64,000 bases of DNA, from assembly GCA_964551965.1 (NCBI GenBank), contig CAZKFB010000001.1, positions 7,227-71,226 on the forward strand. The letters run 5' to 3'. This DNA comes from an uncultured Muribaculaceae bacterium. GTDB lineage: Bacteria > Bacillota_I > Bacilli_A > RF39 > UBA660. Shown one piece after another: positions 18,021-28,462 of this stretch. Made by a program: the position numbers and the translations under genes. The first letter of the stretch is position 1. Every line of letters begins with the position of its first letter. The notes beneath the pieces are model-generated. The model saw nothing but the letters and a program-made list of their open reading frames with translations, was not told the DNA's origin and made no database searches.

Positions 18021-21000
18021 ATGAAAGAATTAATTAATTTAAGAAAACAAAGAGAAAAACACTTTCTAAATAAAGATGGAACAATAACTGCATGTATGTA
18101 TGATCATGATATCCATTATTTAGAAAATGGAGAATATAAAGAAATTGATAATACTCTAATAGAAGAGAATGATTATATTACAAATAAAAGCAATGATTTT
18201 AAAATAAGATTTAATAATGATAAATATTTAGTCAATATTAATCTAGGTAATAGCTATTTAAATATAAGTTTAAAAAATGCTAATGAAACAAAATCAAAGA
18301 TAATTAATAATGAAGTAATCTATGAAAATGTTCTACCTAATATAGATTTTCATTATTTAATTAATGGTTCAACATTAAAAGAAAATATCTATTTAAATAA
18401 TGAAATAAAAAATAGTATAATTTTTAATATTGATACTAATTTAAAATTAGAAATAAGAGATAATAAGGTACTTGCATTAGATAAAGATAAGGTTATATAT
18501 ACATTTAATCCATTATTTATGATTGATGCAAATGAAGTAATTAATCGCAATTGTAAATATAAATTAGAAAAAAATAATGATTTTTATGAATTAGAGATTA
18601 TTCTTGATCAAGACTATTTAATGAATGCCAATTATCCAGTAATTATTGATCCAACAATTACAAGTGATAATTTAGAAAATGTATTTGATGTAACTATTAA
18701 TTCAAATGCTGCAGATAGTAATTTTGATTTTTCAAAACATTTATATATTGGAAATGATGGAACAGGAATAAAGCGTGCATTATTAAAATTTGATTTACCT
18801 TTTATTTCTACAGGTTGCAACATTATAAAAGCAACAGTATATTTAAAAAATTCAGTTGCATTTATCCATGAAAATTCTGAGAGAATTGCCGTCCACGAAA
18901 TTACAGAAAGTTGGGATGAATCAACTGCGACATGGAATAACATGAGTAGTAAATTCGATACTAAAATGGAAACTTATCTTGAAACACCTCAAATGTTATA
19001 CCTAGATACAGCATTTGATTTTGAAATAACCAATATTGTAAAAAAATGGTATACCAATAATGTTAATAACGGAATCATGCTAAAATTGTTTGATGAAAGC
19101 CCTAATACAAGTCATGCAGACTATAGCTTTTACTCTAAAACATATGATGGAGTAAATGGAACGGCAGATCGACCATATCTAGTTATTGAATATAGAATGC
19201 AAAATGGTCTATTAGATTATATGACATATGAAAGTATACCCCTTTCGTATGGCGCATCATACATTAATAATAATAATGGTAATTTGATAACTCAAATATC
19301 TTTATCGGAAATATTAGATCAAACAAGTTTATATGGTTTACAAATAACATATAATACAGATAGTATGTTATTAAACCAAAATAATGGTTTCGGATTAGGA
19401 TTCAATATCAGTTATAATGACTATGTAATAAAGACTCCTAATCAATTTATGGAAACGGAATATTTATATAAACTATCTGATGGAACTAGTCATTATTTCT
19501 ATCAATTTAGTAAAGGAATATTTTGTGATGAAGATGGCATAAATCTAACGTTAGAAATTGTTAATGAGGAAAATAATAATTATAAAATTACTGATAAAGA
19601 GGGAAATAAATTTATTTTTACCAATAGTTATTTATCAAAAATAGAATATGTCGATGAAACATTTGTTAATATTGTTAGAAATAGTTCTAATTATATTACA
19701 AGTATTAAAGATAGTAAGAATAATGAAGTTACTATTAACTATAATACAAATCAAGTTTTATTAACATGTAATAATAAAACAATTACTGTTAATTTAACAA
19801 ATAATAAGATAAATAATATTTCATTTAAAAAGGGAAATATTAATTTTAATTATAATGACAGTTCACTTATATCAAAAATTATTGATATTAATGGTTTAGG
19901 TGCAGGATTTGATTATTATGAGGTATCTCCTTATCGTGTAAAGAAATTAACTGAATATGGATTAAATAATGCTACCGGTAAATTCAAAACTTTTACATAT
20001 GAATTTAATTCGACAACAGTAACTGATCATAAGAATAATAAAATTAGATATACTTTCAATAATATGGGCAATACAATAAGCACTGTTATTTTAGGAAGTG
20101 ATGATTCATTAAAGAATTCTTATGGATTTTCAGAAAAATATATAGACGAAGTAAAGTCGGCTGCTACTAATAAAGTATTATCAAGTTCATTACCTATTAA
20201 GTTTACAAAAAATTTAATTAAGAATGGAAACTTTGAGACTACAGATAATAATTTCTTATTCCAGTATAAATCTAATGAAGATAGTTATAATGGCAATTAT
20301 TCAGCAAAAATTAACGCATATGGTAATGGACAAATAGCAAATGTTTTTGAGAGTACAAAAAATTATACTTTTGGTGCGTTTTATAAAAATGAACATCCAG
20401 TCTATATTGAAATATATTCTAAATTAAACACTGATGTAGAAACATTAAAAGAATACATTATTATGCCTAATGATGAATTTACTTATCAAGAAAAAACATT
20501 TGAGACACCTAGTCAGTTTGATTGTATTGGTTTTAACTTCACTGTTTTGTATGATGGAATTGCTTATATGGATGATGTTGTAATAAGCGAAGGAGAGTCA
20601 GCAGGATTATATAATTTAATCGATAACCCAGACTTTGAAGATAATACTGATGGTTGGCTAATTAGTGGAAGTGTTGACGGATCTGAAGAAGAAATAAGTA
20701 ATCCATATCAAATAATTACTTTGTCATCAAATGAAAAAGCTATTCAGTTAAATAGTATTGTCAATGGTGGAGTATCAATGGTTAAAACTTTACCTATTTC
20801 CGGAAAAATTGGAGATGCTTATACCTTTTCTTTTTGGTATAAGAATGAAGGAGTGTTTAATGTTGATTCGGGATTAGTTGGAAATATGGCAGCAATCATA
20901 TTTAACGATCCTGATGATGATTTAGGAAGTGGAACGCAAAATGCATTATTAAATTATCATGCTGATAATTGGCAATATTATACAGATACTTGTGTAGCAG

Positions 21001-23981
21001 AGAATAATTATGATTCAATCACAATTGTAATATTAAGTATGTATGAAGCAAATCATATTTCTTTAACTAATTTTTCACTTATTAAAGATTTAGGTTCTTA
21101 TTCATTTAAATATGATGATAATGGAAATTTAATATCATTGAGTGATGTATTAAGCAATAAAAGTGAATTTAAATATGATAGTAATAATCAATTAATTAGT
21201 TCATTTAATGCTAAGGGTAAAAACTTTAAATATGAATATGATAATACTAAAGCAGATAGGCTTCTTAAAGGAATTAGTCCTACCGGAATATCTAATGAAA
21301 TTAAGTATGATGAATTTGGAAATCCTAAAGCCACAATTATTAACAATGTTAATCCAAAAGGGAATGATATAGATGGCAACTTCTATATTCGCTCTAAGGG
21401 TACTGATAAATATTTAACTCCTGATTTACAAACGGGAATAATAAGTTTAAAAAATGATACATGTAGTCATTATTCATACTCAATTGAAAGCCATAATGAG
21501 ATTAATGATCAAACAGAAACAAAAGTATATAATTTAAAATCAACTATATTACCAGATAAAGTTTTAGTAAAAATTGATAATACTATAAAACTAGTTAAAA
21601 CTGGGCCTTGTACAAACTTTGAATTTATTAATAGAGATAATGGATCAAAATTAATAAAGGTATATAATGAAGATTTATACTTAAAGGTAGATAATGAAGG
21701 ATTAGTATTTGCAGCTCTTGAAGAAAATTCAAACTATGAATTTTACTTTGAAGATACTGACACTAATGAATTTATTATGAATACTTCTGAATATACAGAA
21801 GATGGAAAATATATTACTAAAATGATTGATACTTTAGGAAATACAACTACTTATGATATTGATCATAATACAAATCTTGTAAATTCAATAACTAATGCTA
21901 AAGGGATTGAAACAACATATACATATGATAATAAAGATCGATTAACAAATGTAACTGTTGATAATAAACAAGTAGAATATGTTTATGAAAATGATTTAAT
22001 AAAAAATATTAAAACTGGTAATAAGAATTATCAATTTGAATATGATAATTTCCTAAATCCAACTAAGGTAAAAATCAACAATCAGACATTAGTAACTAAT
22101 GAATATGAAAGTAATAATGGAAAATTAAAAAGTGTTACTTATGGCAATAATGAAATTATTAATTATGAATATGATAAATTTGAAAGATTAGCTAAAAGTA
22201 ATAATTATGAATATCAATATAATAATTCAGGATTATTAAAATCAGTTAAAGATAATACTTCTTATATAGAAGATTACAATTATGACTTTGCTAATCGATT
22301 AAAAACATATATGCTTAATAATAAATTTAAAATAAATTATAACTATGATGTCAATAGTAATATCAATCATAAAGATTATTATTATGGAAATTATAAAAAT
22401 ACATTAGATTATATATTTAATGATGATGATTCAGTTATAAAAGTAAACTTTGATAACAATACAGTTAATTATACTTATGATTATTTAGGAAGATTGATAA
22501 CAAGGAATATTAATGATAATCTACCAGTAGAATATACATATAAGAAAAATGGAGATAGAACATCATTAATAATAGATACTATAAAAATAGGTAATGATAT
22601 TTATAAGTATTCATATGATAATCTATATAATATAACATCTATTAAAAAGAATAATGAGATAATCAATGAATATCTATATGATAATAGAAGTGAATTATTA
22701 GCAGATATCAATTATGAATTAAATAGAAAGTATGTTTATGCATATGATAACGAAGGAAACATCATAACTAAAAAAGAATATAACTTAGAAACTAACGAAT
22801 TAATTGATGAAGATACATTTACTTATGGAAATACTTCATGGGAAGATCAGTTAACTAAATTTAATAATGATGTAATAACTTATGATGAAATAGGAAATCC
22901 AATAACTATTGGAAGTAAAGAATTAACATGGAGTAAAGGAAGACAGTTAACAAAATATAAAGATGGAAATACAGAAATAAATTATAAGTATAATAAAGAT
23001 GGAATAAGAATATCAAAAGAGATAGGGAATAATAAAACAAATTATTATTTAGAAGGAAGAAAAATAATATTTGAAGATAAAAATAATAATGTGATATACT
23101 ATATATATGATGATAGTGGTTACTTGTTAGGATTCAAATATAACAATGAAATATACTATTATCAAAAGAACTATCAAAATGATATAACAGGAATCTACGA
23201 TAGTAATTATAACTTAGTAGTAAGCTATAAATATGATGGATGGGGAAATATAATAAAAGTAGAAGATAATACAAGTAATAATATAGGAAGTATAAATCCA
23301 TTCAGATATAGAAGTTACTATTATGATGAAGAGACAAGTTTATATTATTTAAATAGTAGATACTATAATCCAAATTGGTGTAGATTTATTAATATAGACG
23401 AGTATATAAAAATTTCTTCACTAGGAGGAAATTTATATTCATATACAGAAAATAATCCTATTACAAATATAGATGAAACAGGCAACATCTTTAAAAAGGT
23501 AGCTAAATTCTTTGTTGACAGCTATACTAAAACAAAAAAAATAGTGAAGAATAGTAGCAAAAAGATTTCTGATAAATTTAAGAAATTTAAAAAACAGTTG
23601 AAAGAAGGATATGAATATCTTAAAAAATCATTTGTGCTTGAAACGGGAAGAGGAAACGGTTTTTCACTAGAAGATAATACATCTTTTGCAAAAATTGGAA
23701 TAAACGATTCAACAAATATTGTATCAAAGTATAAACAAGGGAAAAAAGAAGAATACTTAGAGCAAACAAGAGGGATTTCATTAGGAGTTGTTGGCATCTC
23801 ACAAAACCTTGTGGATTTAGAAACAGAAGGTTTAAACCATTATCCAACAACTTATTCAATTGGGATAATTGAATTTTCTGATACAGATGGAACAATTTTT
23901 ATTGGGCATACAACTAGCTTACATTTTTATGTTGGTGGATATGTAAAAATAGGATTTGAAATAAAAATGACAGGAAATTGA
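18021..23981 (+). CDS. RHS/YD-repeat polymorphic toxin (1986 aa), no signal peptide, variable C-terminal toxin domain
   Basis: Many YD-type repeats (YxYDxxGN..., YEYD, YKYD). RHS repeat-associated core end is ...YKYDGWGNII...NPFRYRSYYYDEETSLYYLNSRYYNPNWCRFINIDEY, followed by the junction motif LYSYTENNPITNIDETGN and then a ~170-aa lysine-rich C-terminal domain. The N-terminal ~400 aa resemble the beta-sandwich (DNRLRE-like) module seen in Firmicutes RHS proteins (..RIAVHEITESWDESTATWNNM..). The hydrophilic N-terminus has no Sec signal. Confidence 0.9.
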   Translation: MKELINLRKQREKHFLNKDGTITACMYDHDIHYLENGEYKEIDNTLIEENDYITNKSNDFKIRFNNDKYLVNINLGNSYLNISLKNANETKSKIINNEVIYENVLPNIDFHYLINGSTLKENIYLNNEIKNSIIFNIDTNLKLEIRDNKVLALDKDKVIYTFNPLFMIDANEVINRNCKYKLEKNNDFYELEIILDQDYLMNANYPVIIDPTITSDNLENVFDVTINSNAADSNFDFSKHLYIGNDGTGIKRALLKFDLPFISTGCNIIKATVYLKNSVAFIHENSERIAVHEITESWDESTATWNNMSSKFDTKMETYLETPQMLYLDTAFDFEITNIVKKWYTNNVNNGIMLKLFDESPNTSHADYSFYSKTYDGVNGTADRPYLVIEYRMQNGLLDYMTYESIPLSYGASYINNNNGNLITQISLSEILDQTSLYGLQITYNTDSMLLNQNNGFGLGFNISYNDYVIKTPNQFMETEYLYKLSDGTSHYFYQFSKGIFCDEDGINLTLEIVNEENNNYKITDKEGNKFIFTNSYLSKIEYVDETFVNIVRNSSNYITSIKDSKNNEVTINYNTNQVLLTCNNKTITVNLTNNKINNISFKKGNINFNYNDSSLISKIIDINGLGAGFDYYEVSPYRVKKLTEYGLNNATGKFKTFTYEFNSTTVTDHKNNKIRYTFNNMGNTISTVILGSDDSLKNSYGFSEKYIDEVKSAATNKVLSSSLPIKFTKNLIKNGNFETTDNNFLFQYKSNEDSYNGNYSAKINAYGNGQIANVFESTKNYTFGAFYKNEHPVYIEIYSKLNTDVETLKEYIIMPNDEFTYQEKTFETPSQFDCIGFNFTVLYDGIAYMDDVVISEGESAGLYNLIDNPDFEDNTDGWLISGSVDGSEEEISNPYQIITLSSNEKAIQLNSIVNGGVSMVKTLPISGKIGDAYTFSFWYKNEGVFNVDSGLVGNMAAIIFNDPDDDLGSGTQNALLNYHADNWQYYTDTCVAENNYDSITIVILSMYEANHISLTNFSLIKDLGSYSFKYDDNGNLISLSDVLSNKSEFKYDSNNQLISSFNAKGKNFKYEYDNTKADRLLKGISPTGISNEIKYDEFGNPKATIINNVNPKGNDIDGNFYIRSKGTDKYLTPDLQTGIISLKNDTCSHYSYSIESHNEINDQTETKVYNLKSTILPDKVLVKIDNTIKLVKTGPCTNFEFINRDNGSKLIKVYNEDLYLKVDNEGLVFAALEENSNYEFYFEDTDTNEFIMNTSEYTEDGKYITKMIDTLGNTTTYDIDHNTNLVNSITNAKGIETTYTYDNKDRLTNVTVDNKQVEYVYENDLIKNIKTGNKNYQFEYDNFLNPTKVKINNQTLVTNEYESNNGKLKSVTYGNNEIINYEYDKFERLAKSNNYEYQYNNSGLLKSVKDNTSYIEDYNYDFANRLKTYMLNNKFKINYNYDVNSNINHKDYYYGNYKNTLDYIFNDDDSVIKVNFDNNTVNYTYDYLGRLITRNINDNLPVEYTYKKNGDRTSLIIDTIKIGNDIYKYSYDNLYNITSIKKNNEIINEYLYDNRSELLADINYELNRKYVYAYDNEGNIITKKEYNLETNELIDEDTFTYGNTSWEDQLTKFNNDVITYDEIGNPITIGSKELTWSKGRQLTKYKDGNTEINYKYNKDGIRISKEIGNNKTNYYLEGRKIIFEDKNNNVIYYIYDDSGYLLGFKYNNEIYYYQKNYQNDITGIYDSNYNLVVSYKYDGWGNIIKVEDNTSNNIGSINPFRYRSYYYDEETSLYYLNSRYYNPNWCRFINIDEYIKISSLGGNLYSYTENNPITNIDETGNIFKKVAKFFVDSYTKTKKIVKNSSKKISDKFKKFKKQLKEGYEYLKKSFVLETGRGNGFSLEDNTSFAKIGINDSTNIVSKYKQGKKEEYLEQTRGISLGVVGISQNLVDLETEGLNHYPTTYSIGIIEFSDTDGTIFIGHTTSLHFYVGGYVKIGFEIKMTGN
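23079..23400 (+). repeat. Repeat copy A: 3' end of the RHS core, in the full-length gene
   Basis: aataataatgtgatatactatatatatgatgatagtggttacttgttagg...tggtgtagatttattaat recurs near-identically at 25754 (from its start) and at 24302 (from its middle). Confidence 0.85.
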
Positions 23982-23997
23982 AAAAAGGTGAAGAATT

Positions 23998-24294
23998 ATG
24001 GCAAAAAAGCAGTGTAGAATAGGAAGTATAATTTTTGCAAAAGAATACTTAACGGAGCAAAACGATTTTTTTAATAGAAAAATATACTATAATGAGATTA
24101 AAAGCTATTATATAAAGGCAACCATACATTCTAAATATATGACAAAAGATTTATGCATTATAACTGAAAAAAACAAAAAAAAGAAAATGTCCTATACAGT
24201 TGGACAATGTGGGATTTTTTTCTTTGATCCAGAAGAAAATATAATTAATATGATGAAAATGGTTTGCCCCCATGCTGAATATATAAAAAAATAA
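23998..24294 (+). CDS. Putative cognate immunity protein for the RHS C-terminal toxin
   Basis: Small ORF 17 nt downstream of the toxin stop, with GGTGAAG RBS. Position is typical for rhsI-type immunity genes. No homology asserted. Confidence 0.45.
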   Translation: MAKKQCRIGSIIFAKEYLTEQNDFFNRKIYYNEIKSYYIKATIHSKYMTKDLCIITEKNKKKKMSYTVGQCGIFFFDPEENIINMMKMVCPHAEYIKK

Positions 24295-24301
24295 GTATTA
24301 T

Positions 24302-24481
24302 CAGTAGTAAGCTATAAATATGATGGATGGGGAAATATATTAGAAGTAGAAGATAATACAACAAATAATATAGGAAGTATAAATCCATTCAGATATCGAA
24401 GTTACTATTATGACGAAGAGACTAGTTTATATTATTTAAATAGTAGATATTATAATCCAAAATGGTGTAGATTTATTAATG
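24302..24481 (+). repeat. Repeat copy B: RHS core-end homology in orphan cassette 1
   Basis: ~180 bp at >90% identity to 23214..23395 of the main gene. Homology ends exactly where the toxin domains diverge. Confidence 0.85.
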
Positions 24482-25104
24482 CTGATGGAATAGTAGGAGC
24501 AAACCAAGACATAACGAGTTTAAACTTGTATGCATATGTAAGTAATAATCCAATTAGTAATACGGATGATGATGGCAATTCATTATTTAAAGTGATAAGA
24601 AAAGCAGTTAAAATTGCCGCAAACATATCATTTAAAGGAGTTAAGGATAAAGTTGTTAACACAGCCAAAAGATATATTAAAAATAAGATAGATGGATATT
24701 ATCAAATTGGAAAAGCATATGTGGACTCTAAAATAAACGAAATGAATTTTAGAGCAAATGCATTTTATGCTGAAGTTGGTGTAAGTGACCCCACAGTAAG
24801 CAAAGCTATAAGTAAAAGTAATAATACGTTGGGGATATATACTAATAAAACATACAAAATTCACCAAAAACAGATTTCTCGTTCAGCGGATACTGTATTA
24901 AGTATAAGTCCAATTTCCATTTCAAAATCTATAGACGATGAATCGACTGTTAGTAAAAACATATCATATTCGTTTAAATATGTAGAATTGTCATCTGAGG
25001 GATTTTTCTTTGGATATTCTTTCAGTGAGCATCACGGCACCGTTGGAATAGATGCAAAATTAGGTTTATATGTCAAATGGGATTGGTTTATAAAAGGCAT
25101 TTAA
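24302..25104 (+). CDS. Orphan RHS C-terminal cassette: displaced core-end fragment fused in frame to an alternative toxin domain, with no upstream start codon
   Basis: Frame opens right after the immunity gene stop and encodes VVSYKYDGWGNILEVEDNTTNNIGSINPFRYRSYYYDEETSLYYLNSRYYNPKWCRFINADG...LNLYAYVSNNPISNTDDDGN. This duplicates residues ~1730-1815 of the main gene and is followed by a different ~175-aa C-terminal domain. The ORF track reports only the TTG-initiated 24526..25104 part. Confidence 0.65.
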
Positions 25105-25132
25105 AATGATATAGGAAGATAGGTAATGGTGT

Positions 25133-25660
25133 ATGAAAGATATAGTTAAATATAATATAATATTTTTTAATCTTTTTCCAATTATAATAGAATCAATAAT
25201 CATAATTGTGGGAAGTATAGTTTTTCAATCACCGATTTTTTTACTATCTTTTATATTTATATTTATTGAGTGTAAAAACCTAAGAAAAAATTTAGACAAT
25301 TTAAGAAAAGTTCAAAATAAATTTGATTGTGTTGGAGAAGTACTTTATCAAAACAGTGGGTGTTTTCTATATGACAGTTGTATTATAAACATTAAATTTA
25401 ATATTTTTACTGTAGATTATTCTGATATAGATGAAATATATTTTGAAAAAGAATATTATGGAAATGTAAGAGAGCCAAATATATGTATAATAACTAAGGA
25501 TAGAAAAAAATATAAAATTAAATTTCCAAGATTAACAGTACCACAACCAAATGATGAAGAACTTAATCTTATAATTGGCATTATAAAAAAGAATAATCCT
25601 AAGGTGAAATTGACTGGTAACACTATAAAAAAATATATCGAACCAGATTTATTTAATTAG
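25133..25660 (+). CDS. Putative immunity protein for orphan toxin 1 (membrane protein)
   Basis: Follows the orphan toxin by 28 nt. N-terminal hydrophobic region of two TMs (IIFFNLFPIIIESIIIIVGSIVFQSPIFLLSFIFIFI). Confidence 0.4.
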   Translation: MKDIVKYNIIFFNLFPIIIESIIIIVGSIVFQSPIFLLSFIFIFIECKNLRKNLDNLRKVQNKFDCVGEVLYQNSGCFLYDSCIINIKFNIFTVDYSDIDEIYFEKEYYGNVREPNICIITKDRKKYKIKFPRLTVPQPNDEELNLIIGIIKKNNPKVKLTGNTIKKYIEPDLFN

Positions 25661-25753
25661 TTTAAATTGTATAGTTTAATTATAGTTGAAAAGAATATAT
25701 GCAAAGAATATTTGTGGTAAAATAGTGAGTAATTTTTATTATTTTAAATCGAA

Positions 25754-26000
25754 AATAATAATGTGATATACTATATATATGATGATAGTGGTTACTTGTT
25801 AGGATTCAAATATAACAATGAAATGTACTATTATCAAAAGAACTATCAAAATGATATAACAGGAATCTATGATAGTAATTACAACTTAGTAGTAAGCTAT
25901 AAATATGATGGATGGGGAAATATATTATCAGTAGAAAATAATACAATAAATAGTATATGAAGTATAAATCAATATAGATATCTAGTTTACTACTACGATG
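25754..26000 (+). pseudogene. Orphan cassette 2: degenerate RHS core-end fragment with premature stops and the toxin domain lost
   Basis: Starts with the same aataataatgtgatatactatatatatgatg... as main-gene position 23079. Translates as ...YIYDDSGYLLGFKYNNEMYYYQKNYQNDITGIYDSNYNLVVSYKYDGWGNILSVENNTINSI*, then decays (stop codons within SINQYRYLVYYYDGDNIFVIYT*). Confidence 0.65.
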
Positions 26001-26094
26001 GAGATAATATCTTCGTTATTTATACTTAGCATATCATTTAATCATTCTATACAAAATAAATATATATTGATATCTAAATCCTCGGAGGAAGTTT

Positions 26095-26730
26095 ATGAAA
26101 AAAACAAAGATTACAATTACAAAAGAAAACATACCCATAATATCAGCAAAAGCAAATCTTTTGATAACAAAACTTTTTAAAATTAATTTTTTTGTTTGTC
26201 TATTAGCGGGATATTTCTTTGTGAATGATTTAGTTACAAATACTGTAAAAGAAAGCTCCAACAAATACAATGTGCAAACGGATAGTTATTTGATAGTTTC
26301 TGCAATTTTATTTGTTTTATTAGTAATTTTGATGAGATATTTACATTTATATTTTTCATATAAAAAAATGCATAACAAAAAATACAATGATGAAAATAAT
26401 TATACAATATCATATAAGAATGAGTATTTAATCGGGGAAAATATAAATACAAAAATCAAAGTAAATTATGATAAGATATTTTTTATTGGAAAAGTTGACT
26501 TGTTATATTTTATGGCCTATTTAGATGACAATGAATATTTTATATTGCCGATAGGAAATGTTGGAATAGATGGTTTTACAATTAATGAATTATTAGTTAA
26601 TTGTCACAATTTAAAATTTAAAAAAATAGTATCTTATAATTCGAAAAAAAAGTTGTGCATATTACTTTTTGTAATATTATTTCTGATGTTTTTAGTTAAT
26701 TTTACTAGATTCCTATATTGTATAATTTAA
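26095..26730 (+). CDS. Membrane protein, possible orphan immunity gene
   Basis: 211 aa with several TMs. GGAGGAAG RBS. Located directly after the degenerate orphan cassette. Confidence 0.35.
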   Translation: MKKTKITITKENIPIISAKANLLITKLFKINFFVCLLAGYFFVNDLVTNTVKESSNKYNVQTDSYLIVSAILFVLLVILMRYLHLYFSYKKMHNKKYNDENNYTISYKNEYLIGENINTKIKVNYDKIFFIGKVDLLYFMAYLDDNEYFILPIGNVGIDGFTINELLVNCHNLKFKKIVSYNSKKKLCILLFVILFLMFLVNFTRFLYCII

Positions 26731-26788
26731 ACAAATGCTTTTTCAAGTTGCAATATTGTCATCTGACGGATTATTATTTGGATAATCG

Positions 26789-26887
26789 TTCAGCTTGCAT
26801 TATGGTGGACCTGGAGGCAATATAAAGTTGGATATTAAATTTTTAGATGGACTAGATTTTTTTAAATTTAAATTCATAACCGTGTGA
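26789..26887 (+). pseudogene. Remnant of a toxin-domain 3' end (third displaced cassette tail)
   Basis: Short frame SFSLHYGGPGGNIKLDIKFLDGLDFFKFKFITV* resembles the C-terminal end of orphan toxin 1 (YSFSEHHGTVGIDAKLGLYVKWDWFIKGI*). It has no start and no upstream domain. Confidence 0.35.
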
Positions 26888-26946
26888 GTAGTAAAATCTA
26901 AAAGATATATATGAAAATGATCGAATATGAGTTATAATTGAAATGA

Positions 26947-27741
26947 TTGAAGTTGGTGATACTAGTGGATAATAAATTTACATATCTTATTGGTTGTATC
27001 TTCTTATTTGGTGTCTTTATCTATTTGATTTTTTGTGTTATAAAAGAGTTAAAATTGTATAAAAGTTTTGATTTATCAAAAAAAATAGATTTGAAAAAGT
27101 ACAATAAGATACAGGATGTCAAAACAAGAACAATTGCATATATTATTTTATCAATTTGTATAGGCTTGCTATGTGTATTGGCGCTCTTTAATTTACCTAA
27201 AATTATAACTGGATTTTATGATGATAATTTTATTATTCAAGAATGTGAGATAACAGACTATCTATATAATGGAGTAGATAATCCTGACATGCTTAGTTGC
27301 AAGAATGATAATTTGGAAATAAATGAAATAGAGTTCTATAGCAGAGCTGAATCCATAGATGAAGATAGTATCGGGAATCATATTTGTATTAAAATAAAGC
27401 CTAATAGAGGAAACGCTGAGATTATAAAAATGAGTAATGAACATAATCTTTCTTGTGATGAGTTTTATTGGCAAAATAAAAATGAAAAGAATGAAGTTAA
27501 TTATAATTACTCAATAGTTAAATGTGAAATTAGTAAATATGAAAAAAATAGAATTAACTGCCGTATTAATAATAAGATATATTTAAAAGAAATAGATTTA
27601 TTAAATAAAGAGACAATACAAAAGCATAATAAAATATGCTTAAAGTATTATTGGAATACTAATTCGGGAGAAATTCTATATTCAGATGATTCTAATAAGA
27701 AGTTTAGTTGTGATGATTATATAAAACAAGAAGAAAAATAA
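26947..27741 (+). CDS. Hypothetical protein with N-terminal TM, Cys-rich, possible orphan immunity or accessory gene
   Basis: 264-aa ORF with an N-terminal TM and a second TM near residue 60. No recognised domain. Confidence 0.35.
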   Translation: MKLVILVDNKFTYLIGCIFLFGVFIYLIFCVIKELKLYKSFDLSKKIDLKKYNKIQDVKTRTIAYIILSICIGLLCVLALFNLPKIITGFYDDNFIIQECEITDYLYNGVDNPDMLSCKNDNLEINEIEFYSRAESIDEDSIGNHICIKIKPNRGNAEIIKMSNEHNLSCDEFYWQNKNEKNEVNYNYSIVKCEISKYEKNRINCRINNKIYLKEIDLLNKETIQKHNKICLKYYWNTNSGEILYSDDSNKKFSCDDYIKQEEK

Positions 27742-27768
27742 GATTATAAAGATTAATAGGAGTATTAA

Positions 27769-28347
27769 ATGGAAAAGATAGTAATAAGAGTATTAGGAGT
27801 TTTGTTTATGCTAGTTGCTTTAAAATTAATTAGAGATGTGGCCAGTTCTGATAATTATAATAAAACTCAATCTATAAAAGAAAAAATCCTTAAAACAAAA
27901 AATATTAAAGGGTATACTTGTTCCAATCGAGATGGGTATAAACTAATATTCTTTGGTTTAACAATTGTTTTTCTTATTATGACTGTTATAAGTCTGATTG
28001 TATTTATATATGAAATAATAAAAAAATATGATGTCAGCGAGACAAATAATATTCTTGGTATAACAAGTGTTATGCTTTGCTTATTCCTTGCCAGTCTTTT
28101 ATTATTTATTTATACTTCAAAGTGCAATCTCTATTTTAATGATGAAGAAATAATTAGATATAGGATATTAAGGAAAAAACAAGTCATGAAATATAAAGAT
28201 ATTGTGAGAACAATGGTAACCCCATTTTCTAGAATAATATTATATTCAACAGATGACAAATTGATATTTGGACTAGATACATCACAAAGCAATAAATTTA
28301 TTGATTTATTGAAAAAAAAGGGAATAGACATTAGTTATAAAATGTAA
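27769..28347 (+). CDS. Membrane protein (4 predicted TMs), unknown function
   Basis: GGAG RBS. Hydrophobic segments at about residues 5-20, 60-80, 95-115 and 150-165. Confidence 0.4.
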   Translation: MEKIVIRVLGVLFMLVALKLIRDVASSDNYNKTQSIKEKILKTKNIKGYTCSNRDGYKLIFFGLTIVFLIMTVISLIVFIYEIIKKYDVSETNNILGITSVMLCLFLASLLLFIYTSKCNLYFNDEEIIRYRILRKKQVMKYKDIVRTMVTPFSRIILYSTDDKLIFGLDTSQSNKFIDLLKKKGIDISYKM

Positions 28348-28418
28348 AAACTTTTTATTGTATTTTAAAAAACTATTATTCAGAAAAAAATTTATTTGAG
28401 CGGTATTTAGCAACAATT

Positions 28419-28443
28419 AAGAGCAATTTTATTGCTCTTTTTT
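28419..28443 (+). terminator. Intrinsic terminator immediately upstream of the hydrolase/holin genes
   Basis: AAGAGCAAT-ttt-ATTGCTCTT hairpin followed by a T-run. Confidence 0.6.
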
Positions 28444-28462
28444 AATGAAAGGAAGTGAGTTA

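Noticed and set aside
18632-23895. Antisense ORFs inside the rhs gene (18632..18943, 21188..21379, 23522..23797, 23620..23895, all minus strand)
   Set aside because: All are embedded opposite a strongly supported 6-kb coding sequence. None has an RBS or a domain. They are typical shadow ORFs of AT-rich DNA. The same reasoning applies to other short antisense ORFs in the track (for example 471..728, 614..982, 4167..4379, 55754..56032, 56733..57203).
24526-25104. ORF-track gene 24526..25104 as an independent toxin gene
   Set aside because: Its listed start is a non-ATG (TTG) codon. The reading frame stays open 224 nt further upstream and encodes a perfect copy of the RHS core end. It is therefore an orphan C-terminal cassette, not a free-standing gene. 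My manual base indexing in this region was off by one relative to the ORF track, so coordinates are approximate to ±1.
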